Positions 36,447 to 47,100 of a stretch of DNA of 64,000 nt are shown piece after piece. Under the pieces are notes generated by a model, which did not search any database, had not been told where the DNA came from, and saw only the letters and a list, made by a program, of their open reading frames with translations. Positions within the stretch are counted from its first letter, which is position 1. Each line of letters begins with the position of its first letter. This DNA is from Podarcis liolepis (lineage: Eukaryota), in assembly GCA_965112155.1 (NCBI GenBank), contig OZ218100.1; one strand, given 5' to 3'. Both the position numbers and the translations under genes were made by a program.

Positions 36447-39400
36447 AAAAGAGGAAAAGACCAGAGAGGGGGGAGGGAGAGAAACCCTGATAAATCTTTC
36501 TCATAAGGGCCAACCCACGAAGGCCTGGCAGAGACGCGCAAAGGATTCTGCAAGTAAAGAAGAAAGTGCAACTGGAAGAAAAGAGCCTCTGAGTGCCCAA
36601 AGGAGGGCATCAACTTTAAACATTTTTGGGGATGGGGTGGGGACTCTGTGGTTTGGGATTTATTTTATTTGAATCAACATATGTGCTGGTTTCTTCAGGG
36701 CAAGCCAAGGAGGAGAGCTATTCAGTGTTATGTTGGGAAATGTGGCTTTTGGCTTGTTGTGGCGGTTCTTCTGTGTTTGCTGCAAAAAAAAAATAGCTGA
36801 TGTAAGCTGATAGAAGGATTTTAAAAGACTGCCCTTCGTTTTCTTTCATTCTTTTATAGACTGCCTTATACCATGCTGTTCTTTTTAAAGCAGGGAATGC
36901 AACTTTCTTTCCCCCTGGACCACTTTGTACTATTTTCATCAATAGTTACAGCAAAAAAAGAAAAAAAAGAACAACAAAAATGCTACAATATACTTGAAGA
37001 CACATGTTTCTTCTCTGATAACTGAGCACTGTAGGCACCAAGGAGGTTTTTCAGAAACCTTACCTAGTTTCCAAAATGTTATTCAAAAGAAAAACAGAGC
37101 TGTTACCTGTTGGATCGCTTGGAAAAGATGGCCTGATCAGCACATAATGCTAAGACAGATGATGACATAGCTTGGATAAGCAAGTGTGCAGCTACAGAGA
37201 GCAAAAGTTGTGGCCACTTCACTCCTCCCCTGCTCCTGCTGCTCCTGTGATACCCAGAGCAAAGCCATGGTTTGCATGTGAACCTGGGCTCATGGTTTGT
37301 CCTAACTCCAAACAAGCCATGAGCTGTAAGCAAGGTTTTTTCCTTGGTAAATCATTAGTTTGGATTGATACCAATGCTATCACTCAGCAAGGCCTGAAGT
37401 GGGAAACATTATGACAAATCCCCTGGGTTCACACAGAACGAAAGAAAGAGGAAGGAAGGAAGGAAGATGAAAAAGTGACAAACCCCAATACGGTCCCAGA
37501 ATATATGAGGAATCTTTAATAAAAGTGTCAGTTGTCTGATGCATTTCAGTATAAATGTTCCTTGGGGTCACAAGAATATTATTTTGTTGGAATAACCTAG
37601 CAGGAAGACGTGTTTCCCTGGTGGATAATTTTAGATTCTGTGTCAGGGACTCTGCATCCCAGACGTAGCTTTCTACATAAATGCATTGGGCAAGTGACAG
37701 TTTCCTCATCTATCTTGGCACCTTTAATCTTTTTTGCTGCACTTCTTGACCATGACACCTTCCCCATGGAAACTAGCAGCCTAAGTCATTCAGCGTTGGA
37801 ATTTTTGATTGCAACCTTAGAAAAATATCCACCCTTCCTTTGCTCACAGACTTATTTGACTTTAATTCTCCACACACATAATGATACAGAGCATGGTTTC
37901 TCAAAGGTGGCCACCAAGATTTTTTGTGTGCATTTGCTCGATTGATTCCATTGATTCTTCTATATGAAACAGGCTGTAATCAAGAAAAAACTGAGAGGAA
38001 AATGTGCATACACACATGATCGGTGGAGTGCATTCTCTCATTTCACTTGCACGGGATAACATAAGAGGTAATAAAACACTTGGATGGAATCGGCAACCCC
38101 TTCTGGCACAGAGCCTGTAGACAAATGAATGGCCAAGTGTCCCCTCCATTGCTTCCTAATCAATAGCATGCAGTAGGTTAACCCTTAATGCAGTCTTCCC
38201 AGAACGTTGACATTTTCTTTGACATTTTCTTGGGCTACACTTGCCGTCCAGTAGCGGCTGTTGGGGTGGGACAGAGCTGTGGAGCTGCCCTCCTGTTGCT
38301 GACATTGCTGCAGTTTACCTGGACTGTGGGGTAAGGGCTGTGTGGATGTACCTGTGAGAATGGCCATTTGGCTCTACAGGTTTGTCTACAAAGCCCTAAC
38401 CTCACTGCTGGCTGCCTCCAGTCACATCCAGGTAAGTTGCAGTGATGCCAGTGTTCAGAGGGCTGCTCCACTCCACAACTGCAGCCACTACTACTGCAGT
38501 CACAGCTAAAGACTAGCTTGAGAGTCACCAGGATAGTGGAAAGGCTAATTAGGAATACGGAACTCTTCAGAGAATTCTGGTCAGGATTCCATAAGTGGGA
38601 GACATGTCTCTTGATTCAGAATGTGAAATGGAGCTTTTAAGTTCAGGTCTATATAAAACGTTATATGGCATTTAGGAGAACGGCATTTAGCAGCGCTACA
38701 TATCCTAGAAACACACTTAGAACATTTCATCTAAAACATTTCAAAATAAAACCCAGGGAGAAAAATCAACATGTTCGCACTGGCATCAGCATCTGACATC
38801 CTTACGCAGCTGCCATGGCACCTGTGTGCTGACATGGCGCACTGATGATGTTTGCTCTGGGCTTTTCTTTAAAAGAAATTCTGGTCTGATTCTCTGAGCA
38901 CTGCCAGGCACCTGGATTTAGCCCACCCTTCTCATTTCCCACAATGCCCCCCAACCTAATTGTTCTTGAGCATTGTGGGAAATTAAAAGGTAGCTAGATC
39001 TAAGTGACCAGAGCACTGCTACCTCTGTCAGCAAGTCCACTAGGACCTACTGATAGCAGACTGGTGCCACTAGAGGACACTGCCCAGTGCCTTTTCAAAT
39101 TTGGAGTTGGCCCTGAACATGTTAATCATGTGTCATTGTAGTATCTGGAACCCTATAGAGAAAATAAAGCAAATATAAAGAGAAGCAAATATAGAAGCAT
39201 TAAAGCCTTAGGGTTGATTGTATTTTAACAAAAGTATCCTTGCAAAGTGGAGTACAAACAAAGATAATTAAGATTAGATCCCAGCTGTGTAAGATCAATT
39301 TGAATCAGTAGGAAGGTTTACACAGGTCACTGTGTGGTGAAATGTCTCCAGAATGGATGAAACAAGCTCTGTGATCCTCTCCTGGCTGTAATTGATGCTT

Positions 39401-41570
39401 ATAATACATGTCTGAGAATTCCCCCAATATATTGTCTTAAAAGACATTATCTTTTACGGTTTTTTTGGTCTTCATAAACTTGAATTATATTATTTACAAG
39501 GAAACCTTGGGAATACAGAACCCAGGCCTAACTAACATTTCATTTGAAGGGAAGTCTTGGAAGATGTATAGAAAAATTAAAATATTGGTGCTGTGGCTTG
39601 TTTTTGTTGTGTTTGTGAAATGAAAGGCAAGACCAACTAACCTAGTAAGAAGACAAAATGATGGAATAAAAAGCGCCATATTTGCTTTTTGTGTTAAACT
39701 CTGCAGCCTTAGGCTCCAGGTCATGTGAGCATGGTTGGTTCCCTTACATCTCTGCAAAATTGAATTGGATCCAGTGGTCTACCAAAACAGAACCCAGTGC
39801 CTTTTGGAGACTGCAGTCCATACATTATTAGGCCATGCTGGTGCTGCAGCAGAATCTGAGCTGATTAAATAGTAGAACTGGCTCTTGAGACTCAAGGTGT
39901 ACTCTTAAAGTCACATGATGCAGCAACTTGGTTGAAGCTAAGCGGATCTGGGTTTGATCAGTGCTTGGATGGGCAACCCTATATATACTGTCTTGAATGT
40001 ACATGGAAGAAAGGTGGAGTGTAAAGAGTGGGATATAAATTAAATATATAAATCCTGGTTTCCTGCAGCGAACAGTATAGCATCTTGTGCAGGGAAAATA
40101 TTTTTAAGGCCCGTGTCCCTCATACTTTCCCCTTCTAGTATCTTTTAAGAGCTTTGTATAGAAGTGGTGTGTGTGTGTGTTTGCCTGAAGACCAGATGGA
40201 GTCTTTGTGATGGCAATATAATCTGACATAGAGTTCATGTACCAGCTTTGAGGAGCTTTGCATCTGACATTGCAACGTTTTGCATCTTTGGCCATTTCCT
40301 CCCCTGCTTTCTCAAGGGCATTTCATACACTGTATGAAACCTAAGTTAGCCCGACAAAGGTATACTTGGCAGGGAGTCATAACTCCCTGTCAAGTGCACC
40401 TGTATAATACCTGTGTTTTTCATTTGCAGGTTACATTTTTGGATGTGCGCCTAAATGAAATGTGTGAAGTGGCTCTCACAAGCAACTGAAAAGATAAGAG
40501 TAGGAGAAAGTTATGTTAGAGCTGGTCCTTATATTGAACAGACTGATCACGTGGCAGTGGCTTATAGAGCTGAGTGTGCTGGAATATATCCTTTTCCAGT
40601 CCTTCCAGCACTTTTGGGTACAACTGGAATCTTCTTCCCTGCCTTGTCATGTAACTTCTATCAGGGCAAGACAGCCATAGCAGTCAGGAACTGGTCAAAT
40701 CCTCTTGTCCATTGTCCCTTCCTCTCTACAAGAGTGATGGGACATGCTAAATATGTCATTTGGAATGTTAATAGTTTACGAGGAACTTTTAAAAAGTAAC
40801 ACTTTTCAGAATATTATTGGAAGAATTGGCTAAAATGGATACATTTTAAGATTGCATTCCATGTTATGCAGCAATTGTTGTTTCACACCAAAATTATTGG
40901 GATGGAGAGAGAGAAATCTGATGCAAACCTTTTAATAAATTTGATTTCTGTTTAAACCAATGCATAAAACCCAAAAGATTGTAATCTGATCGAGGTGTTC
41001 TGGAGAGTTAGGAAGGTCTTCACTTGTTGAATGTTTACTCTGTCTTTATAAATGGCTAACTGAAAGAGGCATTGAAATAGTGTGTTAAGATGAAATGGAT
41101 AAAAATATTAGAAGATGCTTGTATTTCCAGTGTTTTGTTAAAATAGTGCTCAATGAGCTCATGTCATAACCATTGTTCTTGTCATTTCAGGTCCGTTTCT
41201 CTTTTCTTTTGTCTCCATTTGGTCTTCTGTTCTAATTTTCCCTACCCCCTCTCAGTCTGTGTTTTTATCCTCTCCTGTTATTTAGCAGGGGAGGGTTTTA
41301 AGCTCTTGCTATTTGTTGTAGATACAATTTTTTGTATTATTGTGGAATTGCATGGGGATACATAGGGTTGAAAAGGCACTGTAATCTTTACTGGAAAAGG
41401 GTGATATTTTTTAATTTTGCATTTGTTTATAAATGCATTATTTGGGTACTGTAACTTTGGTAATTGTTTCTGAATTTATTACTTGCCTTTAAAAATGTTA
41501 TTTGAGGATTGCTTTTGTTTTATTTTTATTTTCTTCCAAGTTTTAATAAAAATATATAGTCAGGTGCATG
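36447..41570 (+). other. TULP4: Probable long TULP4 3' UTR (about 5.1 kb)
   Basis: Follows the stop codon; U-rich blocks at 41320-41540 precede AATAAA at 41545-41550. The end is inferred; other AATAAA hexamers occur near 37518 and 42301. Confidence 0.55.
41545..41550 (+). terminator. Candidate polyadenylation signal AATAAA for TULP4
   Basis: AATAAA preceded by a U-rich stretch (ttttgttttatttttattttc). Confidence 0.5.
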
Positions 41571-42947
41571 GATTTCCTAACCATGCAAAGCCTGCATGAT
41601 GATCTCAGTTCTGCAGAGAAAATGGTACACTTATCTGACCACCTGCAGTATTTTTAATGGCCTTTGTTTTGTTTTTCTTTTCTAAATATGCCATTCAGAC
41701 CTGGGTTTCCATTGTAATTCTGAACCTTGCCCTGACCTGCCTCTCCTGTTATGTGCCCTGTGTAATAGATTGTGAAGAAGGTACCTAGAAAGCATTAAAT
41801 GGTTTCCTTTCAAAAATGTGGTTTGTCCAAAATTTTGACTGTCTACATGATTGAGATGGGGTCAGTTGCCCTATTTTCCTTGATGGTTTGGAATTGTAAG
41901 AGTTGTCCAGGTGTTGCTTATTAAAGTTTTGGCAAACTAGAGAAACTGTGAGTTGATTTTGGTGTTTTGTCTCGCACTGAGAATCTTGAATGTTTGTGTG
42001 TTTTAGTATGCAATGTATAACCTCAATATTCTTAACAGATTGTTTTATTCTTATTTGCATATCTGGATGCCTCTTGTTCTTTCTGATGCACACTTGCTGT
42101 CATTCCTACAGCATGATGCTGGACCAGAAGCCTTGTAATAATGTTCTGCGATAACCAAATTTTGGATAACAGCCAGTTTCCTCTGGATAGTTGATGAAGA
42201 TATCCCAATGGGATTTGTGTTTCTTTTCATACTAAAAAGTAGATAAGCAAGGAACAGCAGTGTTCCCTCAAAGAAAGCCTTCATATTTTCCTTTTCTGTA
42301 AATAAATAAAGTACTGGGGTGCAAGATTGTTACCCTCTTTTAGTGGGCAACCTTTCTGGATGCAGATGCAACACATATTTCTCAAGTGGAACCAGGTACA
42401 GTCCATATGCTCTTGCCTCTGAATCACCGTAGTGAAACCCTTATTTTGGATGCCATTGGAAAGGAGCCCTTTTAAAACTCTGACACACACAAACACACAC
42501 ACTCCAGAAACATGACTATGTAAGGCTGATGCCTTAGAGTTTATAAAAATCCCAGAAGATTGGATCGAGGTGCCAGCAACAGCAAGGTCTCAGTTCTCCA
42601 GACTCTGTCAAACAGCAAGACTGACACAGCACTTGGTACTGCAGGGCTTCAAACGAGGGTGGAATTCCCAACCCCAATGGGGAACAGGTTTTATTGGCTG
42701 CGCTGCTAAGGGTTTGGAATTCAATTTATAGAATTCTATGCCTTCAGTTGTGGGCATATAAGCAGCAACTTGAGTGATAGGCCACAGGTTCTGATTTTGT
42801 TCTCAATGCAAGCCAACTATTTGGAGTGGTAGGATTCTGCCACTTGGGTCAGACTTGAAATGTAGGGGGAGCCAGAATTTTTTGGTTGGAAGGACAAATT
42901 TATGGAGGATGAGGTTTTATTCTAATTCCACTATTGAAGGAAATATG

Positions 42948-43073
42948 CCTCTGTACCAGTAGCTGGGACCCACTCGGGCCCTGCTTTTGGGCTTCCTGTG
43001 GACATCTGGTTGACCATTTTGAAAACAGAAATACTAGGTGGGCCTTTGGTCTGATTCAGTGTGTCTCTTATGT
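42948..43073 (+). mobile_element. Old CR1/L2-group LINE 3' fragment
   Basis: Similar to 28341-28499 (catctggttgaccatt...ggtctgattcag...tcttatgt). Confidence 0.45.
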
Positions 43074-43554
43074 CCCCCCCCCCCCTTTCAAGAACTGCTC
43101 ATTTCTTGCCTGGTCTTTGCTTGGAAACTGATGCTTTAAAATTGACAGGCAGCTGCAGGTATTGTTTCTATGCAGCCCTAATGTGTTTCTCAAAGCAGAG
43201 CCAAGCCTCATGTTCTGAACTGATATTCCAGTAGCAGGGTGCTTCCTTCGGCAGGAACCAAACACATATCGGGCAAAATACCAGCTGATGGAGAAACCGC
43301 TCTGCTTGCGAGGAATACTGAGTTGCCAAATGAGGGCCTCTGCCCCACCTCAAACCATGCCATGTGTAAACGTGCCTGAAAAACATCACGGGACCAGTTT
43401 CCCAGGGGCCATTTTGCCACCAGTCCCCAGTGGCGCTGTCCACGGTGCTGATTCTTTTCCAGCTCCACCTGGTCCGTGGACCATGGGGATTTTATCTCGT
43501 TAAAAACAACCACCACCACCACCGTACATTATCTGCCAGCCTCACCTTGCCTGC

Positions 43555-44110
43555 TCTTTGCGCGCATTGAATAACAAAAGCCCTCCGCGTCCCCTTAGAA
43601 AATGTATGGGGCTTCAGCAGCCAAAGCAGAGCTGGAGCTGCCGCCGCCCACAAAACTCCCTTCGGCGCCCAGTGGCGGCGCTCTGCCGAGAAAGGAAGAG
43701 AGGAAAGCGGAGGGTCGCTCCGAGCGGCGGCCTCTCGGCCATTGCAGCTCTCTCCCCCTCGGCAGCCCGGCTCAGCGCCGAGGAGCTCCAGACCGAGGCC
43801 CAGGCGCCACCGGGGTCTCCATGGCCGAGCGCGGGAGGCGGCGGCGGGCTTAGAGCGGGGCCCCCGGGGGTTGCTGCTGTCTCCGCGGCCGCTGGCTGGG
43901 TGAGGAGGGGCTGGCGCGATGTCCGGGTGCGGGATGGAGGCGGATTACCCCGCCTTTGAGAACCCGCTCTGCGGCGAGCTCAAGCACATTTGCAAAAGGA
44001 TCAGAGAGACCTACAAGGAGATCAAAGAGGACCTGACCCCTTATAAAGATGATCGCTACTACAGGTAAGAGCGGGAGGGGGGGCGAAGGGAGCAGCGCGC
44101 GGAGGGATGG
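43555..44110. promoter_or_regulatory. CpG island / distal promoter of TMEM181 (exon 1a)
   Basis: Sharp rise in GC and CpG density (gcggcggcggg, ccgcggccgc) around the first coding exon. Confidence 0.85.
43919..44064 (+). CDS. TMEM181: TMEM181 exon 1a coding part (MSGCG)MEADYPAFENPLCGELKHICKRIRETYKEIKEDLTPYKDDRYYR
   Basis: In-frame ATGs at 43919 and 43934; in-frame TGA upstream at 43901; donor TACAG|gtaaga, phase 2 matching exon 2. Confidence 0.9.
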
Positions 44111-47100
44111 AGAAATAGCTGCTTGCATTAGGGAAGCAAATAGCTGTTTGCATTAGCGGTCTGGCCAATCCCTGCTAAAAATGCTTCTTTAAATACAGCA
44201 CGTAGGATTCAGAAGCAGCTATTCATTTATGAGCAATCCCATGGGGAATCCTTATTTGCACGCACTTTGGGGGACGTGATTTGCAGAGTGAAGCCTTCCC
44301 ACCCACCCCTCCTCCTCGCCTGCTGCGACAGTCTTTTCCCTCCCGCGCCGCCGCTTTCTCAGTACCAAGGATGGAGATGGTCCAGCGTTTCAATATGGCT
44401 GCTGGGAAAAGGAGAGTTACCTTCTTCCAGAGGAGCTACCCTTTTTTGTTCCTTTGCGATTAGGTTTTGATGAGTCACTTCAGAGAGTCCCTGAAAGGGA
44501 ACGAGTTGCTTGTGTAAGGAAAAGTGGGAAAGGGAAAGAGTTGCTTGAGTAAGATTCCCGATGGCATTTTCTAAATGTGGAATCCGGGTCTGGGATTCTT
44601 CTCGACTCTGATCATATTCCACCACCACCCTGCCTGCAAAAGCTGAGAGGGATTTCCCCCACCCCATCACCGCCGAAAGAGCCCATGATCCTCTTGTAGT
44701 TACATGGGGTTGTAATGTAAACAATCAGGGCTCCACCTTCTCTCCCATGAGTCCTCAGGATCCAAGAGCTGTGGGTCCTTTGCTCATTCTTCCCTAAACC
44801 TTCTCCTGTCCATATTCAGGTTTCCCCCACCTAACAGCTGATTTCCCTTTCATATGAAGAAGAAAACTACCTTTCTGAAATTTTCAGAGTTCGACAAAAT
44901 CACAGGAGCAAGGTGTCCCCCTGAGTCACAAGCCGGGGAATATCCTCTGTGTGGAATTCCATGAAATAGATGGTTCCTATACATACTACAGGGATGCGGA
45001 TGGCGCTGTGGGTTAAACTACAGAGCCTAGGTCTTGCCAATCAGAAGGTCGGCGGTTCGAATCCCCGCGACGGGGTGAGCTCCCATTGCTCGGTCCCTGC
45101 TCCTGCCAACCTAGCAGTTCGAAAGCACGTCAAAGTGCAAGTAGATAAATAGGTACCGCTCTGGCGGGAAGGTAAACAGCGTCTCCGTGCGCTGCTCTGG
45201 TTCGCCAGAAGCGGCTTAGTCTTGCTGGCCACATGACCCGGAAGCTGTATGCCGGCTCCCTCGGCCAATAAAGCGATATGAGCGCCGCAACCCCAGAGTC
45301 GGTCACAACTGGACCTAATGGTCAGGGGTCCCTTTACCTTTACTTTACCTTTATGCATACTACATGCATTACTAACTGAAGTCTTTGCGGAATTTTATTT
45401 ATCCATGTGGTTCAGGTTCCAGCAACTCTAACCATAAAGAAATACAGTTAAAAACAACAGCCCTCCTTGTAATACTGGATGAAATTAAGGGTCTGCTGTA
45501 TAATAAAAACGGAGATGCAAGCCTTAAGAAATATTATAAAATTAGAAATTAAGTAATAAGCAGGTCCAATCTTATAAGCCAGGAAATGCCTGCTTCTATC
45601 TGAATCACTGTGGCTCGTCACATTTTGCCTTTTGTACCGTCAGGACAGATAAATGCTATTGGAGGGTTGATTATTAAAACGATTTTTTTTATTTTAATGG
45701 TGTATACGTGTGGGGAAATAGAAGGTAAGATTTGAGTGGCGTTGCTGAGAGCTAAATATATGCCTCTCTTTCCATGGGAGATAGCTCTGTGTGCGTATGT
45801 GTGATTGAGATACTTGAAAACTACAATTCCCATGTCTCCTTGCGAGGCGCACTGCCATGGAACTAACTGTTCTGAGGTAGTTTCGCCCCTGGCGGCTTTC
45901 AAACTGACAGCCGTTCGCAGAAGGAGCAACGCGCAGGCGCACACGCTCTCTGCCTACGGGCACACTATACTGACAGGCGCTCACAGGGTGTTTTCCGAGG
46001 TGTTGCGGCCCCGCCCCTCCAGTCACGGCCCCGCCCCCTACAGCGCCCGAGAGGCGGAGCTGGCACGTTGGGTGACGCACGCGGAAGTGATGTGCGCAGC
46101 TGGCGCTGCCACGGAGCTTGGCGGGCGGGCGGCTGCCGCTTAGCTTGGGAGAGACCCACTGCCGGAGTGGAGGCGGCGTGGCGCGCATGCGCAGCATGGA
46201 TATGGATCTGTGAGTTTTGGGGTAGCGGGACCTGCGCTGAGGGGTGGGGGGTGCGCGGTAGTTGCGCAGGCCGCGGAGGGAATCCTGACTGACCTGAGCC
46301 TATTCCTCTGGCCGGACCACACGGGTTGCTGAGCGAGTGTTGCCCCGCCCCACCCGGCGTAATAAGCCGGAGCGTGTAGTGCTTTAGGCACAGATTTGGA
46401 GGAGGAAAACGCTCCTCTTTCCCTGCCTTGTGGGGCTGGCGAGAATTGGGGGGCTTAGGCTATACGAGAAACTCTGTCTAACCCAGCGACCTGCTGATAA
46501 CAGTGTCCCAGAAGCTCACAAGCGGAGCAGAATGGGAACAGCTCCCTCACTACCTCCCTATTTTAGCTAAATCGGAGCAAGCTGGGAAGACAGCAGTTCC
46601 CCTGAACATACACAGACTGCTTGCTTATTGTGGAATAGTTGCCGCCACCCCCTTTGCCTTTATAATTAGTGTCAGAGCCTTGGGTCAGCAGGTGACAGGT
46701 GTCATTTGAATATGTCACAGACTTTGAGCCACAGCGCCGTTCATTTTAGAAACAAATCATTTGAGGAATGGATCCTTCTTTCCTCTACTGTAGCTCCTTT
46801 ATTGCTTAGTGATTGTGAGAGGCAGGGAGAGCTAACTGAGCATGTGTGTCATATTTGTACCACTCATAAAGGCCTGTTGTGCATTTGGTGAGCTGGGTAG
46901 TGTTAACTTATTTTTGACAAATGCTCAGTGGACGAGAGTTGCCTCACATCGTCCCCAAAGCCATGCCAACGTAAAGGCTGGAGTCTGGGCAGTTGTTGGC
47001 TCGAGTTATACACAAAAGTTAGCTCAAATGTTACAGTGAAGCAGGATAAGACATTTTCAGGCACCACATGTCTTAACATAGGTACCACACATGGAGTCCT

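Noticed and set aside
39067-39080. CTCF-like motif ccactagaggacac
   Set aside because: It has a mismatch in the core G run, and a single motif cannot be supported without ChIP data.
43558-44128. ORFs 43558..43959 (+) and 43850..44128 (-), and the similar ORFs at 45618-46391
   Set aside because: These are stop-poor frames typical of CpG islands. The real coding frames are the short TMEM181 first exons.
44991-45070. tRNA gene (A/B boxes, GGTTCGAATCC)
   Set aside because: It is the head of a Sauria SINE, with body, tail and TSD; there is no complete cloverleaf.
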